Shown: positions 28,301-37,214, counted from the stretch's first letter. The stretch: DNA of 64,000 nucleotides from a bacterium (GCA_040390065.1 JAZJZE010000005.1:64001-128000); one strand, 5' to 3'. Program-made: numbers and translations. The notes: generated by a model not told the origin, from the sequence alone.

Positions 28301-28846
28301 GAAGGCGATGGCAAGCAGGATGAAGAACATCGAAATGGCGTCGTGGTCGGCGTATCCCCAGAACGATTTCTGGATGACCGGCGCCGAGATGGCCATGAAG
28401 AAGCCGGCCCACAGGCCCGCGCGGCGGCCCCACAGGTCCTTGGCGATCATGTAGACCGGGATGACGCAGAGAGCGCCCCAGACTGCCACCATGATGTTGA
28501 TGGCCGTGCCGACGGGGTCGACGACGTGCAGGGCGTTGAGTCCCTGCGCCAATGGGGCACTCGTCCAAGTCCACAACGGCGGGTTGGGATTGAAGTTGCC
28601 TTCGGGATAGTTGATCATCGGGTCGAAGTTCAGGTTCTGCCCGTTCTCGACGACGTAGGTGACCGTGCGGTGGTGGTAGTACGGGTCGTTGCCCGTGAAG
28701 AGGTGGCGCTGCGACTCGGGGTCGAAGCCCTCGTTGATGTTGAAGACGCTGCGCAGGGTGAATGCGGCCGCCACGAAGATGGCGAGCCACAGCAAGGTGC
28801 GCATGTACGAAGGCTGGGAGCGGGATTGGTCGATGCCGTCGGCCAT
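25400..28846 (-). CDS. aglB: Oligosaccharyltransferase AglB (STT3) with C-terminal carboxypeptidase-regulatory-like beta domains
   Basis: GNDPYYH, FDPMINYPEG, GYADHD, TIAE, WWDYGHW, TVADPFQ; about 13 TM. Confidence 0.95.
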   Translation of the reverse strand: MADGIDQSRSQPSYMRTLLWLAIFVAAAFTLRSVFNINEGFDPESQRHLFTGNDPYYHHRTVTYVVENGQNLNFDPMINYPEGNFNPNPPLWTWTSAPLAQGLNALHVVDPVGTAINIMVAVWGALCVIPVYMIAKDLWGRRAGLWAGFFMAISAPVIQKSFWGYADHDAISMFFILLAIAFLVRGFRQAGNDIYVSKWGNSAAVSSGLRNAFQANRNTFVYAALAGIALTACAVTWKGYPYALAIIAVACVLQLVLDHLRNRDSTVTWLAYLITTAIAAILPWLLYYHAAGYHFATTVQPSLFVLGGVFAVGLVLVPTRNLPSVLVFPALAIAGVIGYYAFVQFAPSVAHTVFSGLGYFNQSKLYSTIAEAKRPSIGEVAANLGFFSFLAAFWGLAHIFRRAYKGQPGFVLVAGWSAVSIFLMFSASRFIQNAAPVFCVLLGFVLVKLMDLAKTSEIRKKFRSQHGQNIASRSLRSLSWRPVILVLLTTLLFIIPNLWIGADAGMGFEFKRDHGLLDTSENCERISPGDCGVHWGGFGMQYELKSNGWLPLMNYFATLDTNKSEIDRPAFMAWWDYGHWATGIGKHPTVADPFQSHYEMSGRFLASDSEAEAIDYLTILLITGDWKGTHYSPALDQLLASKYPSLVSMQGGYWYEPKIKMVKDLNLTEEKAFELYEDVAKATGHFVGYIGVDDKMGPFPTSKTAARDNSIFYAPVFLSNKNPDDYYQTKLHVGTGQEFRVQTYIPDPRGGYQQIGDGNERYFDANNQQYELFQGKLYPLGGTPLQQPGAQGVDTQGAFYFYEPTDLYGKTMFARAFGGTAADLAPAGAGLNHWRVIKEVTSGGFQLAGKTTRARQTALLQYYHGVNVSGRVLDDGGAPMAGVTVAFVDAYGAQHGESVSNAAGEFHSTAPFSENGDLRVAIVSIEGETSTLLYQNNGPDYQYSMADAQNGRVVSDVVLHVPRGTIAGHVYAETSGDSTFTPGKDHVVEGAQISVPVPAGAAMQATSTAGGNYTVGPLQAGAYTVSVTATGYNPGTGSANVISNGTVVVDVALTAKQSTVHATFLNLDGTPLANVPMSVNRTGDAKALDYTTNATGVVTFSAGEGHVVLDVNYPHKDANDVDVTYLGHKEFDVAFGGDDVNVIVQRTA

Positions 28847-28971
28847 GGGGACAACCACCCTGTAAGGGGAAGCAAGCCGGCCAAGAAGGGGTGGCTATTA
28901 ACCCTTCCAAGGGGAATTCCAGGAATGGCTGGCTACGTCGGGCCGGGGCGCCTTTCTTCCTGGCAGGAGCA

Positions 28972-29925
28972 TCAAAACGGGCCACGCTTCGGCTTCGCGG
29001 CGCCCGGCTTGGACGTCCCTGGCTGCACGATGGCCTTGCCGAGGGCGCTGCAGATGAGGCCGACGGCGAAGTCGCCCGTCTGGTTGCCGGTGTCGAGGAG
29101 GGGGTTCACTTCGACGAACTCGAGGCTGGAAAGCAGGCCCGAGTCGGACAGCATCTCCATGGCGAGATGCGATTCCCGGTACGTGAGGCCGCCCTGGACC
29201 GTCGTTCCGGTGCCCGGCGCCCAGCGTGGGTCGACGACGTCGAGGTCGAAGGACAGGTGCACTTGGTCGACGCCCTTGGAGACGCGCTGCAGGGCCTCCT
29301 CCATGACGTTGGCCATGCCCATCTGGTCGACGTCACGCATCGTGTAGTACGTCACGCGCGAGTCGGTGAGAATCTCGGCTTCCTGCTTGTCGACGCTGCG
29401 GAGTCCGACGTACACGACGTTTTTCGGGTCCAGTTTCGGCCCGGGCTGGTCGAAGTTGGCAAGGCGTTCGTGGCCGAGGCCAAGAATCGCGGAGACGGGC
29501 ATGCCGTGGATATTGCCCGAGGGCGAGGTCTCGACCGTGTTGAAGTCGGCGTGCGCGTCGAACCAGAGAAGGCCGCGGCGCTTGGAGTTGCGAGCGAGGC
29601 CCGCCTGCGTTCCGATGGCAATCGAGTGGTCGCCGCCGAGGACGAGCGGTGAGGCCCCTTCCTTAACGGCCTTGTCGACGCGGTCGGCCAAATCCTTGCA
29701 GGCGGCAAGCACTTCGTCGACGTACTTCAGTTTGGCATCCTTCGGCTTGCGCTCCTCCGGCTCTGCGGCAAAGACGTTGCCGACGTCCTGGACCTTGTAC
29801 CCGAGTTCCGTGATGCGCTTGTGCAAGTTCGCGGCGCGGATGGCGGACGGACCCATGTCGACGCCGCGGCGACCCGCCCCGAGGTCCATGGGGACGCCGA
29901 TGACGCGCAGAGTGTTCTGAAGCAT
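28972..29925 (-). CDS. rocF: Arginase
   Basis: GAGRRGVDMGPSAIR, LGGDHSIA, DAHADFN, SGNIHGMP, SFDLDVVDP, PGTGT, VEVNP. Confidence 0.95.
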   Translation of the reverse strand: MLQNTLRVIGVPMDLGAGRRGVDMGPSAIRAANLHKRITELGYKVQDVGNVFAAEPEERKPKDAKLKYVDEVLAACKDLADRVDKAVKEGASPLVLGGDHSIAIGTQAGLARNSKRRGLLWFDAHADFNTVETSPSGNIHGMPVSAILGLGHERLANFDQPGPKLDPKNVVYVGLRSVDKQEAEILTDSRVTYYTMRDVDQMGMANVMEEALQRVSKGVDQVHLSFDLDVVDPRWAPGTGTTVQGGLTYRESHLAMEMLSDSGLLSSLEFVEVNPLLDTGNQTGDFAVGLICSALGKAIVQPGTSKPGAAKPKRGPF

Positions 29926-29974
29926 GTGAGAGGCCCGACGCCAAGGGGGTAGATGACCCAAACGGGGGCGGGCT

Positions 29975-30985
29975 TCAGGGGGAACAGGCGGGGTTGGACG
30001 GCTCGTCGCGGTCCGGACACCATGAAAGCGTGTACGCCGCGTTGATGCCAGCGTCGAGATGGATGGTGGCCTTGTAAGGTCCGGCGAGGACGGGCTTCAC
30101 GACGTCTTGCGTCGAAAGACTCTGCCCAGGCGTGCTCGGTGCTAGGAGACTCAGGCCGGTCTGCGACGACTGGCCATCAGGTCGCGTCACAGTCATCGTC
30201 ATCTTGACAGGACCTCCAGACGTCGTTGCATTCAGGAGGATTGGCATTTCGCTATGTGTGCGGTTGAGGGTGAACGAAATGACCGCATCCTGACCTGGCA
30301 GCGGGAGGATTCCGGATGTTGAACCGCTGTCGTGGAGAATGTCCGGCAAAGTCAGGCAGGGCCAGTCACCTGTGAGGAGAAGGCCTGAATTGGCATCCAC
30401 GACAAGATTGAACGGCGCTCCCCGGGGGGACACGTCCATCCGCCAGACCATCGTACCGTTCGAGTTGCACAGGGCTTCCTCGACTTGGCTTGCATCGCCG
30501 TCGCCAACCCTTGCTCGAAAGTCGGCAGCACCATGAACCACACGAAGGGCTTCGTCGGAATCCGTACTCCACGGGGTCACGGCCGGAATCAGCTTGAGGA
30601 GAGGACCCCATACAGGGGCAAGACTCCCCTGGCGGCTCGTGCCATTTTGGGCGTACGTGACCCAGGATCCATCGTTTCCAGACAAGAAGGTGTAGGCCCA
30701 TACGGGCGCCCGGCCGTCGCCCACAACGGGGTCGGCGTGGCTCCACATGTCGCGGTAGTACTCGGGGAAAAGGTCCGGGATCTCATTCGAAACGTTCTGG
30801 GCCGGGCGCGAAAGCTCCAACCCGAAGATGCCGATGAGTTGGGCATCCGCGCGCCATTCCTTCGCCCACGCCTTCGCCTCCTCCAAGTGCGTCTTCGCGG
30901 TCGGCAAGTCGCTTCCCGGAGCCGGCGTCCCGCATCCCGCGAGCAGTGGCACAATCATGACCAAGGCAATTAGCTCGGCGCGCAC
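29975..30985 (-). CDS. Hypothetical lipoprotein
   Basis: (M)RAELIALVMIVPLLAGC lipobox from the GTG at 30985; PepSY-like WRMDV...LVVDANSG segment. Confidence 0.7.
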   Translation of the reverse strand: MRAELIALVMIVPLLAGCGTPAPGSDLPTAKTHLEEAKAWAKEWRADAQLIGIFGLELSRPAQNVSNEIPDLFPEYYRDMWSHADPVVGDGRAPVWAYTFLSGNDGSWVTYAQNGTSRQGSLAPVWGPLLKLIPAVTPWSTDSDEALRVVHGAADFRARVGDGDASQVEEALCNSNGTMVWRMDVSPRGAPFNLVVDANSGLLLTGDWPCLTLPDILHDSGSTSGILPLPGQDAVISFTLNRTHSEMPILLNATTSGGPVKMTMTVTRPDGQSSQTGLSLLAPSTPGQSLSTQDVVKPVLAGPYKATIHLDAGINAAYTLSWCPDRDEPSNPACSP

Positions 30986-31075
30986 ACGACGAACCAGCCG
31001 GCAGCTGTCTTGGACGTTGCGGGCGACCCTCCGGCTTCGACACCCTTTTGCAAGCCGCCCGTCTCTCTCCTCGTC

Positions 31076-31471
31076 GTGGACGTGCTCCGGCAGGCGCTCA
31101 AGGCCATCGGCCTGTTCGAGTCGGACGTCATCGTGGAGCGCCCGTGGGGGCTGTGGGTCGACTGGTACCGAACGCCGGAGGCCACGCTCAAGTGCATGGT
31201 CATCCGCCCCGGTGCGCGGATGAGTCTGCAACGCCACCACGACCGCCGCGAGATCTGGCGCGTCGTTTCCGGCCAGGGCGAGGACCAGGGTGCCACGCCG
31301 CCGGCGCCCCTGTCGCCGGGCAAGACGCACGTCGTCGAAGCCGGCTCCATGCACCGCATCGCCAACAACGGCAGCGAACCACTTGTCATCGTGGAGTTGC
31401 AGATGGGCCACTGCGACGAGGACGACATTGAGAGATTGGCTGACGATTACGATCGCGGCAAGCCGAAGTAG
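31076..31471 (+). CDS. Cupin, mannose-6-phosphate isomerase type II C-terminal domain
   Basis: ERPWG, PGARMSLQRHHDRREIWRVVSG, HRIAN, IVELQMG...EDDIERLADDYDR. Confidence 0.88.
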   Translation: MDVLRQALKAIGLFESDVIVERPWGLWVDWYRTPEATLKCMVIRPGARMSLQRHHDRREIWRVVSGQGEDQGATPPAPLSPGKTHVVEAGSMHRIANNGSEPLVIVELQMGHCDEDDIERLADDYDRGKPK

Positions 31472-31493
31472 CCTTGCTTCGTCGCGCCCACTT

Positions 31494-31559
31494 GTCAACA
31501 GATAGAACAGATGAAACCGACAAGGCGCGTCATCTGTCGTATCTGTTTCATCTGTTGAC
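31494..31559. repeat. REP-like imperfect palindrome of ACAGAT units between convergent genes (possible terminator)
   Basis: GTCAACAGATAGAACAGATG ... CATCTGTCGTATCTGTTTCATCTGTTGAC. Confidence 0.7.
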
Positions 31560-31576
31560 CGGGAGGCAGCGGAGCC

Positions 31577-31987
31577 CTACAACCCGGGAATCGTCTTGCG
31601 CCCCGAAAAACCGCCACTCAGCGAATGCCAATTCCGAATCTCCTTCTCGCCGTCGCGCCAGCACAGGTACACGACCTCGTTTCCAAGTTGACCCCGGAAA
31701 TCGACGAGGCCGGAATCCAAGTCCTTCGCCTCGCAGCCCATCTCCTCGAACTTCTCGATGACGTTGGCGACGGCGTCGAGGGCGGCGGCGCGTCGTTGCT
31801 GCTGTTCGCGGTGCTCGGCCCATTCCGGGCAAGTCGGCTTGTCCAACTCTTCGCCCCAGACGATGCGCAGGTCCTCAATTTGCGTCTCGGCTTCGCGCAT
31901 GTTCGAGAGCGCCTTGCGGCCGTCGACGAGGAGACGGCGTACGTCCGGGAGTGCGGCGTTGGCTTCGGCGAGAGTCCAAACGCGCAT
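31577..31987 (-). CDS. DUF2203 family protein
   Basis: WTLAEANAALP...KDLDSGLVDF...VYLCWRDGE...WHSLSGGFSGR (real part of ORF 31577..33256). Confidence 0.88.
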   Translation of the reverse strand: MRVWTLAEANAALPDVRRLLVDGRKALSNMREAETQIEDLRIVWGEELDKPTCPEWAEHREQQQRRAAALDAVANVIEKFEEMGCEAKDLDSGLVDFRGQLGNEVVYLCWRDGEKEIRNWHSLSGGFSGRKTIPGL

Positions 31988-31992
31988 GCGGT

Positions 31993-33126
31993 TCACATGC
32001 GTGTGACGATGCTCAGGATGTCCTTGTCCTTCATCTTGTGGTCGAGGCCGACCGTTTGGCCCGGGAACTTGGCGGACTTGCCCCAGACTTGCGCGTAGCG
32101 GAATTTCCTGCGAAAGTCGCGGTGCAGCATGTCGCAGATCATGCCGATGTCGGTGTCCTGCTTGACGATGAGGGGCTCCTCGAGGTCGGCTTCCTTGCCA
32201 CGCGGCTTGAGGTAGACCGAGATGAAGTGCAGGTTTTCGTAGATGAAATCCTTGGCGCGGTCGACGCCCCAGCCCTTCGCCGCAGCCAGGGGAATCGCGA
32301 GGAAGCCCTGTGTCTTGAGCCACGCCTCGACCTCCTTGTACTTCTCCTCGCCCGCGAGGTCCACCTTGTTGACGAGGCAGACGGCGGGGATGTAGACGCG
32401 GTTGCCGGCGAGGTGGTCGACGAGGTCGTCCGGGGTGATGTCCTCGCGCACGACGATGTCGGCGTTGCGCGCCTTGAACTGCTCGACAATCTCGGCGATC
32501 TGCTCCGCCGTCATGTGCGTCTGCTTCTTCATCAAGTGGACCTTGATGCCGCCGCGGTCCGTGTAGTAGACGGCGATGTCCTTCGGCCGGCGGTTGATAC
32601 GGATGGCGGACTGCTCCAACTCGCGGATGATGATGGGCACGTGGTCGTACGCCTTGCCGCAGTCCAGCGTGACGAGGATCATGTCCGAGTTGCGGGCCGC
32701 CGCGATGACTTCCTTGCCGCGGCCCTTGTTGAGGTGGGCGCCGGCGATGATGCCGGGCATGTCGAGGACCTGGATCTCGGCGCTGCGGTGCTTCAGCATG
32801 CCTGGGATGACGGTGAGCGTCGTGAACTCGTAGGCCGCCATGGCCGACGTCTCTTGGCCCGTGAGGGCGTTCAAGATGGTCGACTTGCCGACGGACGGCA
32901 GGCCGACGAGGCCGACTGTGGCGTTGCCGGACTTCTTGACCGCGAACGAGACGCCGCCGCCACCGCCCATGGACGCCTGCTTCTCGATGGCCGAGCGCAG
33001 GGCTGCAATCTTGGCCTTCAGTTTCCCGATGTGGAACTCGGTGGCCTTGTTCTTCTGCGTCTTGAGGATCTCGGCCTCGATCTCCTTGATCTGATCGGCG
33101 ACGGTCCCCAAGGCATTTTTCGCCAC
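31993..33126 (-). CDS. drg: DRG-family GTPase (OBG superfamily) with TGS domain
   Basis: TQKNKATEFHIGKLKAKIA, GLPSVGKST, YEFTTLT, DMPG, NKVD, VWGKSAKFPGQTVGLDH. Confidence 0.95.
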   Translation of the reverse strand: MAKNALGTVADQIKEIEAEILKTQKNKATEFHIGKLKAKIAALRSAIEKQASMGGGGGVSFAVKKSGNATVGLVGLPSVGKSTILNALTGQETSAMAAYEFTTLTVIPGMLKHRSAEIQVLDMPGIIAGAHLNKGRGKEVIAAARNSDMILVTLDCGKAYDHVPIIIRELEQSAIRINRRPKDIAVYYTDRGGIKVHLMKKQTHMTAEQIAEIVEQFKARNADIVVREDITPDDLVDHLAGNRVYIPAVCLVNKVDLAGEEKYKEVEAWLKTQGFLAIPLAAAKGWGVDRAKDFIYENLHFISVYLKPRGKEADLEEPLIVKQDTDIGMICDMLHRDFRRKFRYAQVWGKSAKFPGQTVGLDHKMKDKDILSIVTRM

Positions 33127-33246
33127 AGGAGCGGCATATAAGAGCAATAGGGACCCGGGCACGGCCCCCTCCAGGAGCGGGCCCTGGGGGCTTTGGGCCC
33201 CCTTTATCCATCCTGGGACCACCCTTCGAACCCTGTCCGAGCGGGG

Positions 33247-33253
33247 TTATAAG
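33247..33253 (+). promoter_or_regulatory. TATA box of the TSP3-repeat gene
   Basis: TTATAAG 27 nt upstream of the ATG at 33280. Confidence 0.55.
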
Positions 33254-33279
33254 CAACGTAAGGGGAGTGGGGGGTGTCC

Positions 33280-34869
33280 ATGAAAGCCGTCTTGGCCCTC
33301 CTCACTGCCGTTCTCATGGCAGCGGGCGGCCTCGCCACCATCGCCTCGGTCCATGCCGAGGGCGAGCCCGGCTCCGGTTCCTCGACCCCCCCGCCCAGCG
33401 GGTCAAGCGGCAACTCCACGTCGCCTCCCCCACCGCCCAGCGGCAACAGCACCGACCGCGACGGCGACAAGGTCCCCGACGGCCGCGACAACTGCCCCGA
33501 CCGCCCGAACCCCGGCCAGATGGACTCGGACAAGGACGGCATCGGCGACCTCTGCGACGCCGACGTCGACGGCGACGGCGTGGACAACCAGCACGACAAC
33601 TGCCCCACGGTCCCGAACCACGACCAGGCCGACTCCAACGCGGACGGCCGAGGCGACGCCTGCCCATCCACGACGACGAGCCCCTGCCAACAGGCCAGCG
33701 CCGCGGAGCGCGAAGCGTGCAAGCAGAAGTTCTGCCACGACCACCCCAACTCCTGCCCGCCCCCTCCGCCGGCGGCCGTCTGCAGCCAGCACGAGGCTGC
33801 CGACCGTGACGCTTGCGTGAAGGCATACTGCCAAGAGCACCCCGCCTCGTGCCCGCCCTGCAAGGCCGCCGACGGCAGGCCCTGCATCGAACTCGGCCGC
33901 TTCGGCCACATCCAGTACGTCGTCGCCACCAACGGCGTCGGCGTCGACAACGTCACGGTCAACGACATCCTGGTGCTCGTCCACCTGCGTCTTCTTGGCG
34001 AAGGCCAACTCACGAAGACCGTGGACGGCGGCGTCGTCAAGTTCACGCGTGGCGACGACCGCATCGAGATCCACGACGAGCCCACCGGCCTCCTGCACTA
34101 CGAGGGCCCGAGCGGCCTCGTCCTCACCTTCCCGGCCAGCGCGACGATCGAGATGGGCAAGGACAAGGCGGTCATCCAACTCGATGCCCACCACAAGGCC
34201 ATCCTCAACTTCCAGGCCGCCACCCGCGTCGGGCAACAGCTCACCATCACGGGCTTTGCCGCCCTGCACGCCGACATGCCCCTGGCGGCCGGCAACCCCG
34301 AATTTGCCGCCAAGGTCAACAAAGCCCTAGATGAGCGCCAATTCGGCGCCGCCGTCGAAGTGCGCGGCAAGGACTCCGCGCGCGGCCACGTCGAAGTCCT
34401 CGCCTACGACGACATGAACGTCACCGTCGACGAGGGATCCGGCGCCCCGACGGCCGACGACCCGCTGCACATCCTGGTGCGCTCCGAACTCCACGAGGGC
34501 CGCACCATCTCCGTGACCCTGAACGCCTCCTACCTGCCCTCCAACGGGGGCCGCCTGGAGCTGCACTACTACGACCGCCACGACGACGGCACGCGCACGG
34601 AAGTCATCATCCGCCAGGCCGACGGCCTCGACGACGTGCTCAAGGCCAACGACGACGCGGGCCAGCCCGAGTACTGGATTGTCAGCGACCTCGACGGCAC
34701 GCAGCACGTCCTCATCAGCATCCCGCACTTCAGCGAGCACGAGATCACCATCGCCGGCCTCGGCGTGGCGCTCACGCCGTCCGTCGCCATCGGCATCGGC
34801 GTCGGCATCGTGGCCACCGTCCTGGCCTCCATCATGCTGTTCCGGCCGCGCCGCCGCGCCGACTTCTGA
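33280..34869 (+). CDS. Surface protein with thrombospondin type 3 repeats and C-terminal TM
   Basis: Signal peptide; DRDGDKVPDGRDNCP...NPGQMDSDKDGIGDLCD repeats; two Cys-rich repeats; PHFS motif; TM followed by RPRRR. Confidence 0.9.
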   Translation: MKAVLALLTAVLMAAGGLATIASVHAEGEPGSGSSTPPPSGSSGNSTSPPPPPSGNSTDRDGDKVPDGRDNCPDRPNPGQMDSDKDGIGDLCDADVDGDGVDNQHDNCPTVPNHDQADSNADGRGDACPSTTTSPCQQASAAEREACKQKFCHDHPNSCPPPPPAAVCSQHEAADRDACVKAYCQEHPASCPPCKAADGRPCIELGRFGHIQYVVATNGVGVDNVTVNDILVLVHLRLLGEGQLTKTVDGGVVKFTRGDDRIEIHDEPTGLLHYEGPSGLVLTFPASATIEMGKDKAVIQLDAHHKAILNFQAATRVGQQLTITGFAALHADMPLAAGNPEFAAKVNKALDERQFGAAVEVRGKDSARGHVEVLAYDDMNVTVDEGSGAPTADDPLHILVRSELHEGRTISVTLNASYLPSNGGRLELHYYDRHDDGTRTEVIIRQADGLDDVLKANDDAGQPEYWIVSDLDGTQHVLISIPHFSEHEITIAGLGVALTPSVAIGIGVGIVATVLASIMLFRPRRRADF

Positions 34870-34882
34870 TTGCGCTGGCGTG

Positions 34883-35102
34883 GCTCTCGGGCAAACACAG
34901 ATTCCACAGAATTTTCCTGCGCCATGCCGGCGCCGGCGTCGTCTTGACTCGAACGGCACCCGCCCAGAATTCCCCAGACAAGATTTCCGGGGCGCTCTGG
35001 GCCGCGACGCAAGTGCATCTGTGGGATTCTGGGGCAGCCATTTGGCAGCAGGCCGCGGACCACTGGAATTTGCAGCCCAAAATATCCGTGGAATCTGTGT
35101 TC
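34883..35102. mobile_element. Family A element, copy 4
   Basis: AACACAGATTCCAC ... CCCAGAATTCCCCAGA ... TCTGTGGGATTCTGGG ... GTGGAATCTGTGTT between convergent genes. Confidence 0.75.
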
Positions 35103-35127
35103 TGGCTGGGGGGACGGATTAGCCACA

Positions 35128-35733
35128 CTACGGCGGCCCCGGCGGCTGGTCGTCCGGAGGCAACGGCGAATCCGGCGGAGGCGCGGCCGCCTTCTCTGGC
35201 GGCACCAGGGCAAGCCACGCGTCCGTGAACCGGTCGACCGCCTCGTCGAGGAAGGATTTCTTGTACGTGACAAGGACGTTGGCCACGCGCTCGGGTTCGG
35301 CGACGAACAAGCGCTTCGTGCGTCCGGCGGCTTCTTCCAGCAGCAGCCCCGCCAACCGGAGTTTCTTGAGGTGGAAGGACAGGGTCGGCCCCGACAATCC
35401 CACGACGTCGCGCAGGTCGCCGGGCGTGGTCCCCGGGTGCAGGATGAGGTGCGTGCAGATCTTCCTTGGCCCGCTGTGGCGGATGAGCGACAGGATGTCC
35501 TTGTCGCGCCGGTCCATCCCCTGGCCCGGGTAGAACGACTTGAAGCCGCCTTGTTCGCGCGTGGCCAGGATGCCGTGGCGCACGAGGTGGTAGCAGTGGT
35601 ACTCCAGGGTCGACACCGGCATCGACAATGCCTCGGCGAGGGCGCGCAGGTGCAGGCCCGGGCTGGTCCCGACAAAGGCGACGATGCGGCGGCGCGCCTC
35701 CAGATCCAGGACCGTGTCCGCATCGGGCCCCAT
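35128..35733 (-). CDS. Double winged-HTH transcriptional regulator (ArsR/MarR-like)
   Basis: LDLEARRRIVAFVGTSPGLHLRALAEAL...TLEYH; second HTH HPGTTPGDL...TLSFHLKKL. Confidence 0.85.
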   Translation of the reverse strand: MGPDADTVLDLEARRRIVAFVGTSPGLHLRALAEALSMPVSTLEYHCYHLVRHGILATREQGGFKSFYPGQGMDRRDKDILSLIRHSGPRKICTHLILHPGTTPGDLRDVVGLSGPTLSFHLKKLRLAGLLLEEAAGRTKRLFVAEPERVANVLVTYKKSFLDEAVDRFTDAWLALVPPEKAAAPPPDSPLPPDDQPPGPP

Positions 35734-35735
35734 GT

Positions 35736-36026
35736 CTACCTCTTGAGGACCGCCATGTAGAGCAGCACGACGATGGCCAGGCTCGAGACGGCAAGGACGG
35801 GGAACTCGCCCGCCGAGCCGGATGCAACGTCGGCTCGCCGTTCGTAGGCCAGCCAGGCGAGGTAAACGCCCTGCGCGGCAAAGGCGGCGAACGCCAGTGC
35901 GATCATGAGGAGCTTGCTGCTGCGAACGCGCGCAAACGCCACGAGGCCGAGGACCATGAGGAGGGTCGAAAGCCCCGCCAACAGGATGGCGGCAGCGACG
36001 GCAACGTTGGCCCAGGTCCCGCTCAC
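35736..36026 (-). CDS. Small three-TM membrane protein coupled to the HTH regulator
   Basis: (M)SGTWANVAVAAAILLAGL...AFARVRSSKLLMIALAFAAF; ends 2 bp before the regulator. Confidence 0.7.
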   Translation of the reverse strand: MSGTWANVAVAAAILLAGLSTLLMVLGLVAFARVRSSKLLMIALAFAAFAAQGVYLAWLAYERRADVASGSAGEFPVLAVSSLAIVVLLYMAVLKR

Positions 36027-36048
36027 GCCGGCCCATCCAGGTGGTTCG

Positions 36049-36528
36049 CTATAACGTGTTGGAAGCGCCGTGGGCGCGCGCAGCACGCTCGGCCTCGAGC
36101 TTCGTGGCGAGCCGGCGCACGGCGTCCACCGTCGCGGCGGGCAGCCGGAAGCCGTCGGTGTGCGGGCAGTAGTCGGCGTCGAGCTCGGCTCCCCGCAAGG
36201 CGTCATCCCACACCGCGGGGTAGAGCCGGCAACCCTCCGGCCGGATGGCGTGGATGGTGCAAGCGCCGTCCTCCGACAGGAACGTGCACGGCCTCGGCAA
36301 GGCTCCAGGCGCCGCGTGGGACCCGCGCGCTGGCGGCCCGTCGCGCGTGCGCAGCTGCAGGTAGCCGTCGTCGGCCACGAAATGGAAGTCGCGGCCGGGA
36401 TGTGCGGCGGAAATGCGTGCGAGGTCAGCGTCGGTGAGGAGCATCTCCACGTCGTGGCAACACGCGCTGCAAGCATGGGCCACGCACGGATTTACGGAGA
36501 CGAATGGAATTTGGGGCAGGTTCGTCAT
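36049..36528 (-). CDS. YkgJ/UPF0153 family cysteine-cluster protein
   Basis: CVAHACSACC...CTFL...CTIHAIRPEGCRLYP...CP. Confidence 0.88.
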   Translation of the reverse strand: MTNLPQIPFVSVNPCVAHACSACCHDVEMLLTDADLARISAAHPGRDFHFVADDGYLQLRTRDGPPARGSHAAPGALPRPCTFLSEDGACTIHAIRPEGCRLYPAVWDDALRGAELDADYCPHTDGFRLPAATVDAVRRLATKLEAERAARAHGASNTL

Positions 36529-37010
36529 GGCTTGGCCCGGGGCGCGAGTGTGACGCCGCGCTGGTCTTGGTAGGCGCCGGCGTACGGCTTGCGCGGCGGC
36601 GATGCAAGCGGCTCGAAGACGACTTGGCAGAAGCGGTCGCCGACCGTGATTTCGAGCGGCTCGTGGCCGGCGTGGAAGGCACCAAGCGTCAGGTTGCCGC
36701 GGAAGCCGGCGTCGACCTTGCCGAAGGAGGCAAGCACACCGCGTCGGGCAAAGCTGGAACGGATCCAGAGCGACCCGACGACGTCGGGGGGCATGCGCAG
36801 GACCGCCTCCGTGCCGACTACGAAGCGCGTCATGGGCGGCACCTGGACCTTGCCCGCGGCCACGGGCTCGGATGACACCGAAGGGACGAGGACGTGGCCG
36901 ATGCGCAAGTCCAAGCCGTTGGGCGTCAAGTCCTCGGGATGCCATGGCAGCGCTTCGAGCGTGCCGGCCTGCACTGCGGCAAGGATGTCGGCATCGCTCC
37001 AGGTGGCCAC
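36525..37010 (-). CDS. dcd: dCTP deaminase / trimeric dUTPase family
   Basis: WSDADI, PNGLDLRIG, IRSSFARRG, VDAGFRGNLTL, GDRFCQVVF, YAGAYQDQRGV; probable GTG start at 37010. Confidence 0.9.
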   Translation of the reverse strand: MATWSDADILAAVQAGTLEALPWHPEDLTPNGLDLRIGHVLVPSVSSEPVAAGKVQVPPMTRFVVGTEAVLRMPPDVVGSLWIRSSFARRGVLASFGKVDAGFRGNLTLGAFHAGHEPLEITVGDRFCQVVFEPLASPPRKPYAGAYQDQRGVTLAPRAKP

Positions 37011-37141
37011 GGTCTTGGCAGGGAGCAGGCAGATTTCAACCGGACGCCCCGCAACGGATACCCTCACGGCCGAAACGACGGGAAGCTCGCCGCCTTCGGC
37101 GGCAGCGCTCTTCCGTTTGGCGCTGCTGCGCCAAGCATCAG

Positions 37142-37214
37142 TGGGCCTTCTCGGATTTGAACCGAGGTCAAATGGTCCCAAACCATCTAGGATACCAAGC
37201 TACCCCAAAGGCCC
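37142..37214 (-). tRNA. tRNA-Pro(UGG)
   Basis: GGGCCTT acceptor / AAGGCCC-A, anticodon arm GATGG-TTTGGGA-CCATT, T arm CTCGG-TTCAAAT-CCGAG; no intron; CCA not encoded. Confidence 0.95.

Noticed and set aside
31988-33256. 559-aa ORF upstream extension of the DUF2203 gene
   Set aside because: The extension overlaps the DRG GTPase in another frame; the real start is the ATG at 31987.
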